The position numbers were made by a program, and so were the translations under genes. This document shows positions 31,845-41,544 of a stretch of DNA of 41,544 nt, piece by piece (position 1 is the stretch's first letter; the number at the start of each line of letters is the position of its first letter). This DNA comes from Parvularia atlantis (Eukaryota). Location of the stretch: contig CALSCO010000429.1 in assembly GCA_943704415.1 (NCBI GenBank), forward strand, positions 1 to 41,544, in the 5' to 3' direction. Under the pieces are notes generated by a model, which had not been told where the DNA came from, ran no database searches, and saw nothing but the letters and a program-made list of their open reading frames with translations.

Positions 31845-34489
31845 TCAGTGCGACAGCGTCGACTGGTGTGCCGCCGAGCTCTCGCTCTTCATGATCTCGC
31901 GCAGCACCATCGTCGCGTAGGCCGACGGCGGCAGCGTGAAGGCGATCTGCAGCGCCTTGTAGCGGCCCTCGGGCAAGGGCGCGGGCAGCGTGCGGCCGAG
32001 CAGCACGTCGAGGTCCGTCTGCGCGAGCGGCTGCGTCGGGTCGTCGTATCGCAGGATGGACCTGAGCCCGCGCATCGCCCTGGTCAGCAACGCACGCGCG
32101 AGCGTGCTGAGCACGGCACGAACCACTGCAGGTCGCTCGGGCGCCCGACCAGGCGCCGGTAGCCGCCCACGAGCGAGTACTCGCTGCGGCGCACGCTCAG
32201 CCTAGAGAGCAGAGTGGCGCGTGTCACACGACGCACGCACCGCACACGGTGCCGCAGGTGCTCGGGCTGCACGCCGAGCTCGGCCATCGCCGCCTCATAC
32301 TGGCGACCGCACGCGGCCATAAGCAGCCGCAGCGTGTGTATGCGCAAACAGCACCTCCTGGCGCAGCCCCTTGCCCGGGTACTCGACGGCAAAGCCCGGC
32401 AGCGGCAGCACGACGTCTTCGATCGTGTACCGCGGCGCGGTCTCGTCCGTCAGCAGCACAACGGCCGGCAGCGGGCGCGGCTCGTCCGTGGGAGGCGCAG
32501 TCGGCTCGGCGCCCGAGCTCGCCGACGACGCAGTCGGCGCCTCGTCGTCGGCCACCGTGCCTGCCGCGGCGGCTTCGTCCGTGACAGCCGCGTCCGCCTC
32601 AGCCATCCCTGCGAGCGTGCGGTCAGAGAGCCGCCTGCGGCGTGGCAGCAATGGCGCACAGGAGCCGTCCGAGCCAGCAAAGACGAGGTCGCCGGCGACA
32701 GGCGCGGGGCCGAGCCGCTCGAGCCGCAGCGTGGCCATGCGGTTCCAGACGAGCGACTGAAACGAGTGCACGTACATGAGGCGCATGCTGCGCGGCAGCT
32801 GTGGGCGTAGGTGAGCACGGGAGCGCAGCGCATCGCGCACGCACCTGGCCAAGCGCCGTCGAGTACTCTGACGAGCCGCGCTGCACGAGCGCCTGCAGCA
32901 CCGTGCGCTCGATGTACGACCTGCGCGGCCCACGCGGTCAACGAGCGGCGTGCGGCGAGCGGCGCACTTTTCAGGCATCAGCTCGAGCGCCTTCTTCAGG
33001 TCGCCGGCCGCGTAAGCCGCCCGCGCCGCCTCCGTGTAGACGTCTGCGGGGCACCCGTGAGCGGCCTGTCACCTCTGCGCTCGTATGCGCACCGCCCTCG
33101 CGCGGCTTGAGCAGCAGGTGCACGGCCTCCTTCCAGTCGGACCGCAGCAGCGCGCAGCCGATCTCGTACCTGCGCCGACGGTCGGTTGGCCGAGCGCGAC
33201 GCTGACTGCGCGCGCGCACACGCACGTCGAGACGGTGGTTGTGCCGAAGCGCTGCTGGCCAAAGTAGTTGACGTAGCCGTGCGTCTGCAGCTCGCCGACC
33301 GCGCGCGCGACCTCGTCGTCCGCCGCCGTGACGTTGCTGTGTGTGTGCGCCACGACTGAGCCTGGGCGGTTGGTGTGCAGGACAAGCGCACCGCAGCGTG
33401 ATCGTGAAGCGGTTGCCGCGCAGCTGGCCGAGGTACAGCTGGTCGGCGCGGCACCTGGCGCGGCCGTGAACCAGCTGCGTGTTTTGCGCCACTGAGACGC
33501 ACGAGAAGTTGCCGACCTGCATGCCGCGCAGCCGCGGGTTGAGCGCCTCGAGCCGCTGCGGCGGCACGCCTTTGAGGGACACTGCGCGTCGTGCACGCGT
33601 CAGGCGGGTGCACAGAGCAGGGGCTCACGCGCCCTGCTGCACGGTCACCGCGCGGCGGTCCTTGGTGCCTGCGTACGCAAACTGCTTCTTGGAGACGCTG
33701 CCGGCCGCGGGCGTGAGCGGAACGTGCGCAGGCGGCGTCGCGGCCAGGCTGCCTGCACCGCAACAGCTTGGCGAGCAGCTGCACGGCCTCGAGCGTGTCG
33801 CGGTTCTCCTTGAGCAGGAGGAAGTGCGCAAAGGGCCGCGCACGGTCGATTTGCGGCTCGCGGCTGACGCCTGCGCCGCGCCACAATCAGGCAGCAAGCC
33901 GGGCAGCAAGCGGCAAGGCAAGGCGCGCACGTTGCCGGCGCTTGGACAGCGACGCGTGCATCACGCTCACGACGCCGTGCGACGTCTCAGACGCCAGCCG
34001 CGGGCACAGCGCGCGGATCGCCGCGTGGAAGCGCGCACGCGCGTCGCCCGCGTCGTCCGTCAGCGTCACGTCGAGCTGCGGCGCGCCGGCCGCGTCGTCG
34101 GCCGCGTCCATCTCGACGATGCGCTGCGCCACGGCCGCGCCGACGAGCACGTCAAGCGCGGCACGCGCGGCGGCCGGGTCCGCGGCGGGCGCGGACGCCG
34201 GCGCATCCGCCACGAGCGTCGTGAGGCGGCAGACGCGGCCGGCCAGGTCGACCTCGTTCACGAGAAAGTCGACGTAGCTGCGCGCGGGCGCGCCTCGTGA
34301 GCCCAGGAACGACGCACGAGCGCGTCAAGAGCTCGCGCACCGCTCCTTGACAATGCCGCCCACGCCCACCGCCCCGCCCGTGCGGTACGTGGCGATGCCG
34401 AAGCGCGCGTCGCGCAGCAGCTCGGCGCGGGCGCGCTTGGGGTCGGCGGCGGCACTGGCCGTGGCGGCGGTCTCGAGCGCGCGCTTCAT
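31845..34489 (-). CDS. PUS7: Pseudouridine synthase Pus7 (TruD family); about 12 introns
   Basis: GIVKER/YVDFLVNE, catalytic AGTKDRRAVTVQ, LGQLRGNRFTITLR, NYFGQQRFG, YVHSFQSLVWN, DVVLPLPG, FTLPPSAYATMVLRE. Alternative start at 34504. Confidence 0.95.
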
Positions 34490-34525
34490 CAGGATTCGGC
34501 GCATGCGAAACCGATTCGCGACACG

Positions 34526-36871
34526 ATGCGCCAGGTGCGTGTCATCGCGGCCGTCGCGGGCGTCCTGCTCGTGGCGCAGCTCGCGGCGTTGTGGCTGCTG
34601 CTGCCGCGTGCCGACGACGCGGCCGTGCTGCCAATGGCGACGCCGGCGACGTCGCTGCGGCGGACGGGCGCGTGGGCGGCGCTGACCTGGGCCGATGCGG
34701 ACGACGACGACGACGACAACGACGCGCACGAGCTGATCGCCTGGTGGTTCGCGCGCCACGCCCAGCCCGACGCGCGCGCGACCGGCTGCAACGAGGACGA
34801 CGCGTGCGCCGTGCGCGGCGCGTGGCGCGACGGCCGCGGCGTGTGGCGCGTGGCACGCGGCGCGGCGGTCGCGTCGATCGGCGTTGCGGACGACGTGGCA
34901 AGGACGCGGTGCCGCGCGTGGACCGTGCTCGACGGCGCGCCCGTCGTGCTGCTGCGGTCCGACGACGACAGCGGCGGGAATGGCGACGCCTGGTCGATCG
35001 GGGTGATGGCGCTGCTGCACGTCGTCGCGGCGCAGCGCCGCCTTGACGCGCCCGTCGTGAACGTGCTCTGCGACGACTGCGCGCGTGCCGCGCCGCGCGT
35101 GCTGCACCGCCTTCAGACGCTGCTGCGCCGTGCCGTGCCGCGCACCGCGATCTTCGCCCCCGATGCGAGCGGCGCGTGCGTCGCCGTGGACGTCGCCGTC
35201 GTCGGCACGCCGCGCGGGCTGGTCGAGGCGCGATCGCGCGAGCACGCGCCCAATTTCGCGCGGCACCAGCGGGCGCTCGCAGCGCTGCGCACGCTGCTCG
35301 AGCGGCTTCGCGGCCTGCTGCTGCCGCCGCGTGGGGGCGGCGTGGATGGCAGCGGCAGCGGCGTCGTTGCGCACCTCGTCGATCAGCCCGACGTGGACGA
35401 CGACGTGCTGCGCGCCGTGGCGGCCGCCATGAACCCGCGCGATGCGCCGCACGTGCTGACTGCGCTCGACCTCATGGACGACCGCGACGTGGTGCGGCGC
35501 ATCGAGACGCTCAACACCGCCGACCTGCTCGTGCTGCGCCGAGACGAACGGCTGCTCGCGCTCGTACCGTGGCTACGCCCCGGCTGCGTCGTCGTCGAGC
35601 TGATCGCGGCCGACGAGCGCCTTGCCCTGCCCTTCCAGACGGTCCTCGGTGCGCTCGGCGTGCGCCACCTCGCCCTCGTCCTGCCGCACGCGCCCGGGCT
35701 GCCGCCGCACGCGATCGACCGAACGTGGCTCACCGCGGCTCTGCGCTCGCCCGCCGCGCACGACACGGCCGCGCTCGTCGCCGCGCGCTTCCTGCTCTTC
35801 CAGCCGTGGGAACAGCTCAACAACCAGGTGCGCGTGCACGCATGCGCGTATGTGCTGCTGATCATGCGTCGCGCGCAGCTTGTCGCGTTCCGCAGCGCGT
35901 GCGCCGTCGCCATCTTCACCAACCGCACACTCGTCCTGCCCTACCTTGGCTTCCGGCGCGACGCGGCGCAGCGCTGGAACTTTGACTTTGCGATCGAGGC
36001 GTTTGAGTGGCGACCGATGGAGCGGTACTTTGACAACGCGGCGCTGCTGGACCTGCCGTGCCGCACGGTCTCGTACGCGCTCTTCCGCGCGGCGACGGGC
36101 AACCGCGGGGCCGAGCGGCTGCTGTTCAACCCGCTGCTCAACCACACGACGGCCGGGCAGATGCAGGCGTATTACGAGGGCGTGCTGCAGCTGCCGTTCC
36201 GCTCGATCAGCGCGACGCAGCGGCTGGACCAGCTGAGCGAGGGCAAGATCCGCGCCTACTACGGCAGCCTCGCCGCCGAGCAGGTCCTGCCCATCGGCGT
36301 CGCGTTCTGGCTTCACGACTTTGGCCGCAAGCTGCACTACCCCTACCGCGAGTACCACGACGTGATGGGCAACGCGCTCTACGCCGCGATCAACCGCGGC
36401 ATGCGGCCGCGCCCCGACCTCGCACGCGCCGCGCAGCAGATCGCTGAGCGCGTCCGTCCGTTTGTGGCGTTGCACGCGCGCGTTGGGCAGGACTACGAGC
36501 TCAAGTGCACCACGGTCAAGGACGATGTCGCGCGCGCACGCTGCCTGCCCGCGCCGGGCGCGATGGTCGCGCGGACCCTCGCCGCGATCAGCAACGCCAC
36601 CGCGGGGGACTGGAGCGTCTACGTCATGTCGGACCAGCCCACGCTCGAGCTGCCCTTCCCGGCCGCGCCCGACCCGGTCGCACCCCGCCGCGTCTTCTCG
36701 CGCGTGGACGTCGTCGGGGCGTTTGACGCGCTCGACCCAATCGAGACGTCGCTGCAAGAGCAGGCCATCAGCACCGCGGCCGACGTCTTCATCGGCAACA
36801 TCTTCTCATCCTTCAGCCGCACGGTCTTTGAGCAGCGCCAGCTGGCCGGGCGGCCCTCGCTCTCGTGGTGA
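34526..36871 (+). CDS. Type II membrane glycosyltransferase: degenerate GT61-like domain plus O-fucosyltransferase-family domain; probable in-frame intron 35828-35878
   Basis: N-terminal TM anchor; ADLLVL...WLRPGCVVVELI (GT61-like); EQLNNQ/LVAF...TNRTLVLP, FVALHARVGQDY, VYVMSD, EQAISTAADVFIGNIFSSFS (O-FucT). Confidence 0.8.
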   Translation: MRQVRVIAAVAGVLLVAQLAALWLLLPRADDAAVLPMATPATSLRRTGAWAALTWADADDDDDDNDAHELIAWWFARHAQPDARATGCNEDDACAVRGAWRDGRGVWRVARGAAVASIGVADDVARTRCRAWTVLDGAPVVLLRSDDDSGGNGDAWSIGVMALLHVVAAQRRLDAPVVNVLCDDCARAAPRVLHRLQTLLRRAVPRTAIFAPDASGACVAVDVAVVGTPRGLVEARSREHAPNFARHQRALAALRTLLERLRGLLLPPRGGGVDGSGSGVVAHLVDQPDVDDDVLRAVAAAMNPRDAPHVLTALDLMDDRDVVRRIETLNTADLLVLRRDERLLALVPWLRPGCVVVELIAADERLALPFQTVLGALGVRHLALVLPHAPGLPPHAIDRTWLTAALRSPAAHDTAALVAARFLLFQPWEQLNNQVRVHACAYVLLIMRRAQLVAFRSACAVAIFTNRTLVLPYLGFRRDAAQRWNFDFAIEAFEWRPMERYFDNAALLDLPCRTVSYALFRAATGNRGAERLLFNPLLNHTTAGQMQAYYEGVLQLPFRSISATQRLDQLSEGKIRAYYGSLAAEQVLPIGVAFWLHDFGRKLHYPYREYHDVMGNALYAAINRGMRPRPDLARAAQQIAERVRPFVALHARVGQDYELKCTTVKDDVARARCLPAPGAMVARTLAAISNATAGDWSVYVMSDQPTLELPFPAAPDPVAPRRVFSRVDVVGAFDALDPIETSLQEQAISTAADVFIGNIFSSFSRTVFEQRQLAGRPSLSW

Positions 36872-36947
36872 CCCGCCCCTCTCTCGGCGTGCGCACGCGC
36901 TCCTTGCAATGTTGTACACTCACACTCACGCACACGCTCACACCGGA

Positions 36948-39900
36948 TCACTTCTTCTTGAACTGGCGCACGGCCTGCTCCAGCTCGCGCACCTTGGCGT
37001 GGCCCTTGCCGTACGCCTTGGTCATCAGTTCGAGCGCGCGCACGAGGTGCGTCTGCGCCGCGGCGCGGTCGTTGACCTTCTGGTGCATCACCGCTGCGGC
37101 GTAGTGGCTCTCGCCGAGCGCCGCGGGCGCATTGTCAATCTTGCTGGCCTCGCGCATGGCCAGCTCGGCCTGCGCACGTGCGCGTGAGCAGCGCCACGTC
37201 GCACAAAAGACAGCAGCGCACCTCAAGCAGCGGCAGGGCGCGCGACAGGTCGCCCATGCTGCGGTACACCTGCCACATGGCGTTGTACGTCGCGATGGTC
37301 TCCGGGTGGCTCTGGCCCAGCAGCGTGTGCCGGATCGCTAGCGCGGCCTCGAGGCACTCGAGAGCGCTCGGGAAGAACTTCATCGTGTTGTAGACGGCCG
37401 CGAGGGACGCGTGCGCCGCGGCCGTGCCTGGGCTCTGCTCGCCGTAGGTCGCGCGCTGCACGGCCAGGCCCTTCTGGTGCAGCTCGAGCGCGCGCGGGTG
37501 GTCGCCCAGGTGGCTCAGCGTGTCGGCCACGGCAGCGTAGGCCGCGACGAGCTCGGGGTGGTTGTCGCTCAGGATCAGCCGCTTGATCTCGAGCGCGCGC
37601 TCGTACAGCTCCAGCGCCCGGTCGGCCCGGTCCATGCGGTCGTAGACGGTCGCAAGCGTGTGGTACGACGACGCCGTCACCCGGTGGTTCTCGCCCAGTT
37701 GTGCGCGCCGGATCGACAGGCACCGCTCGTACGCCGCGGCCGCGGCCTCGAGCCTGCCGGCCTCAAACAGCTGGCTGCCCTTGCGCACGAGCAGGAACGA
37801 CTCGGTCAGGAGCACACGGGCGTCCTCCTTGTCGAACGAGGTCGCGGTCATGATCTGCGCACAAGGCGGTCAGCGGGCAGCGCGGTGAAAGGGGCAGCGG
37901 CACACGCAAACGCACCGCCTGCGCGCGATCCGCGTCCTGCACCGCCGTCGCCCAGGCCTGCACAAGCACGTGGTCGGCAAGCGACAGCGTCGCGTCCTTC
38001 TGCACCGTCGACGCCACGCGCCCGTACAGGTCCGCCAGCTGCGCCTCGCTCCAGCGTGCGCGCAGCAGGCCCCAGCCCTGACCCACGCCCAGCGCCTCAA
38101 ACAGCGCCATGAGCACCGTCGGCGCGAACGGCAGCTCAAACAGCGCGCGGTTGATGTGCGCCCGCGCCGCGTCCACAAACGCCAGGCCCGATGCGACGTT
38201 GCCCGTGTTGTACAGCCAGACAGCCTGGGCAAGGCGGTTGATGTAGTACAGCTGGAACCGCTCAATCGCGACGCTGTCGCACACCAGGTCGTCGCACCCC
38301 GGCACGCTCGTCACGCGCACGTGCTGCCCGTCGCGCCGCACCACGCCGTCCGCCAGCAGCAGCTTGAGCGCGGCGCGTGTGCTCCCGTTTGGCAGCTGCT
38401 TGCCGATCACGTGTGTCCCAATCACCGCCATCGCCGCGTCGACCTCAAACGGCGCGCGGAACACCGACAGCGCGCGCCACATCTGCAGCTGCGGCGGCGG
38501 CGTCACCTCGGCCAGGTACCGCTTCAAGCGCGCCCCGTTGATCACGGCCTCGAGCCGGCCGGGGATGCCCGACTTGGCAGTAGCCGCCGCAGATGTCAGA
38601 ACGCGCAGCACCTTGGCCAGCTCGGCCGCAGGCTCCGCACCGAGCGCGTCCACCGCCACGGCAAACACGCGCTGGCCCGACACGGACGCGGCCGCGCGGC
38701 TCGTCACAAGCACGGTGAGCAGCGCCTTGCGCGACGCCGCCGTCGCCTTGAGAAGCCACTGCGACGCCGACGCCGACGACACGCCCGTGTCCATGTTGTC
38801 GACGACGATGAGCGTGCGGTGCGCCAGCGCGGCGCTCCAGCTGACCAGGGCGAACGCGTCGCCGTGGTAACCCGCCGCGTCGGCGCGCTCGAGCACGGTG
38901 TACGGCACGTCCTCGGCCGGGATGCCGGCCGCCTGCACAAAGTAGACGCGCTGGAACTCCGCCATCTCTAGCGCGCGCCGCGCCACCGCCGCGGCCACCG
39001 CCGATTTGCCCGCGCCCGCCTCGCCGTGGAGCCAGATGACGGACGCTAGCCGCAGCGCACGTCAGCACAGTCGCACGCACAATGCTCGCGCCACGAGCGC
39101 CGCACCGGTGAGCAGGCTCTTGCTGACCGCGGCAACGGTCGCGTCGCGCCCGACAAAGCTGGCCGGCACGACGGGAATGTCGCGCAGGGCCATGACATGG
39201 TGCGGCGCGGTCAGGCCCGTGCGCTTGCCGAAGACGCTCTCAAACAGCTCCGAGACGCGCCCGGTCGGCGGCGGGTGGAACACGCGCGCGACCGTCGGCG
39301 CCGAGACGGTCCGTCCGTCGCTCGTGAGCAGGTCACGCAGCGTCATGCGGTTCTCGGGCGTGAGCAGCTTGGACGCCGAGATGCCTGTGCGCGCGCGCTG
39401 AGCATAGAGCGCCTACCAGCGCCGCGGCCGCGCACCCTCGTCCACGTCGATGAAGCGCATAACGTGCGCCAGGAACGAGTCCCACTCGGGCCGCTCGTTC
39501 TGGAAGTGCCGCCGCCAGAGCACGCGCACCCACGTCTGCGCCATGATCAGGTGAGGCCCAAAGTCAAGCTTGGACTGCATGCCCTCGACTTGCACGCGCG
39601 CCGCCGCGTTGGCGTCCTGCAGCTCGTCGCGCAGCTCGTCGACGTCCATGTGCAGCTCCGCCGCCAGCTCGGCCAGCTCGCCCGCCTTGGCCGCCGAGAG
39701 CACGTCGTCCACGCCGCCGCGCGCAAAGAGGCCCTCGGTCACCAGCACCGCGGCGTCCTCAAACGTGCTCACGCGTTTCTGGGCGGGCGCGGTCGTGAGA
39801 CATCGCGCCACGCAAAGCGCCAGCAACCACGCACCAGCTTGAGCGCTGGCAGCAGAGGCTCTAGGGTTGACTGCAGCTCGGCCGGCAGCCGCAACCACAC

Positions 39901-41544
39901 CGCCTGTGCGTCGCAAGATGAGTAAGCGCACGAGTGGCCAGCTCGGTGCAGCGCACATCGACGTCCTCGGCCAGGTTGCGGTTGGCTTTGTCAAACGCCT
40001 GGTCGACCTTGGCAAACCTGCGCGGCCCCAACGAGTGAGCTTGACTGGACGCTGCCGGCGCCATGCAGCTGCACCGCTCCGAGTCGGGCTTGCCCGTGAG
40101 GATCTTGCGCAGGTAGCCCTTGCCGGTGTACAGCGCGAGGAACTCGTGCGCTTGCACGCAGATCTGCGTCAGGGTCTGCACAGCGCGCGCCGGGTCAGAG
40201 GTCGCACTCGGTGCGAGCTGCAGCCGCTGTGCACCTCCACGGTCGTCTCGAAGAAGTGCTCGAGCGTCGGCGGCTCGGCCCCGTCCTCCTCGGCATCCTC
40301 GTCAGGCTCGTCCTCGGCGGGCAGCAGCAGCGTGACGTCGGCCGCAAACAGCGCGTCCAGCACGGCGCGCGACGCGTCGAGCCGCTCGAGGATCTTGCTG
40401 CAGTTGCTGTGCACGATCTTGACCCCCGCGATGCGCGCACGCAGCGCGTTCAGCTTGCTCAGCGCCTCGCTGACCTTGGCCGGCACCTGCTGCTCGACCG
40501 GCGGCTGTTCTGTTGAGGGCTGATCGGCCTGCTGTTCGGCTGACGGCCAGCGAGGCTCCGCTGGCGAGAAAAGCTCGGCTGGCATCTGGTTGGCGGGCTG
40601 CTCAGTCTCGGCCGGCGTGAGCTGTTGTTCGCTGGTCTGCTGCGCCGTCTCCTCGACGGGCTCCTCACTCACCAGCACGGCTTGCTCAGTCGCAGCGGGC
40701 TGCTCGGTCAGGGCCTGCTGAGCGGGCTGCTCGTCCAGGGGCGACACGGGCTCAGGAGTCTCCTCGTCTTGCTCAACAAAAAGCTCCTCTGCATGCTTGC
40801 CAGAGCCATTTACAATCACCAGCAGCGGTGCGATCGCAGGCCGCGGCGAGAACGGGACATCGTTGTTGCCGTCGTCAAAGAGCGATTGCGCGGCCGACTT
40901 GCCGGGCGGCGTGCTCGCCTGGGCTTGGTGCTGCTCTGCCCCGGATGGCTCTGCGGGCTCGTCGTCGCCAAAGAGCGATCGCGCAGCATGCTCTGCACTC
41001 GGCTCTGCGAGTTCGGCCGTTGCTGCGGGCTCAGCCGCTGCGGCGGGCTCGCTCGGCTCAGCGGGCTCGCTCGCGCGCGGTGCAAACTGCTCGTGATCAA
41101 AGAGGGCGTCCACAGCGCTCGTCCGCATCTCGTCTCTTTCGTCGTTCAAGAGCGGCTGCGATGCCTTGACCTCCGGCTCGACATGCTCGGCGCGCTCGTC
41201 CATGTACGGCGCGGGCTGCTCGTCTTCAAAAAGGGCGCCCGCAGCGCTGGGCCGCATCTCGTCGCTCTTGGCGGGCTCGTCGCTGAAGATCGGCTGTACA
41301 GCCTGCACAACATGCTCGGCGCGCTCGTAAAGATCGTGCTCGCCATCGTCAAACAGTGGCTGCACCACGTCTTCGGCAGGCTTACTCGGCTCGGTCAGCT
41401 GCTCAGTCGTCTCCTTGGTCAGCTGCTCGCTCGGCTGCTTGCTCGGCAGCTCGCCCGGCTCGCTCGGCTGCGTGGCGAGCGGCTCGCTTGGCTGCGTGGC
41501 GAGCGGCTCGATTGGCACGGTCGGCTCGCTCGGCAGCTCGCTCG
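36948..41544 (-). CDS. NLR-like STAND NTPase: acidic disordered N-terminus, MLKL-like helical domain, NB-ARC-like NTPase, TPR repeats; 5' end beyond the window
   Basis: FVGR pre-motif; Walker A GEAGAGKS (39025-39002); Walker B TLIVVDN; sensor VLVTSR; winged-helix-type LSVFRAPF; kinesin-light-chain-type TPRs (RALELYERALEIKRLILSDNHPE). Canonical introns join the exons in frame. Confidence 0.85.
41455..41520 (-). repeat. Coding 24-bp tandem repeat (EPLATQPS) in the acidic N-terminal region
   Basis: GGCTGCGTGGCGAGCGGCTC occurs twice with 24-bp period, with related PSEP units around it. Confidence 0.75.

Noticed and set aside
1..41544. Hundreds of long overlapping Arg/Ala/Pro-rich ORFs in the six-frame track
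   Set aside because: Expected shadow ORFs in very GC-rich DNA; real proteins appear only after splicing.

Overview
Eukaryotic nuclear DNA, very GC-rich, very compact and intron-dense (well over 100 introns of about 50-65 nt by eye; donors mostly GTGCG, branch CTGAC/CTCAC/CTAAC, acceptor mostly GCAG). Most entries in the ORF track are therefore shadow or read-through ORFs, and I rebuilt the genes by manual splicing. Gene content suggests a unicellular opisthokont-like protist; the fungal-type Gga hints at the holomycotan side (inference only). Genes in order: Vps11 (3' end), IscA2, PH-RhoGAP with a His-Glu tail, Gga, threonine aldolase, TRIM/RBCC-like gene, a decayed C2H2 zinc-finger gene, a decayed RAG1/Transib-like transposase, ZNF598/Hel2, Spt6, WDR62/MAPKBP1-like, Rad18, an HDAC-fold protein lacking catalytic residues, a DUF1475-like membrane protein, Pus7, a GT61-like/O-fucosyltransferase fusion, and an NLR-like gene (MLKL-like helical domain, STAND NTPase, TPR) running off the right end. 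The most interesting region is an intron-poor island at about 9.4-13.1 kb between two housekeeping genes. It holds a RAG1-like transposase relic whose catalytic-Glu motif is flipped by a ~57 bp inversion, tail-to-tail with a non-RAG2 zinc-finger gene and next to a TRIM-like gene. All family calls are by motif recognition, not database search.
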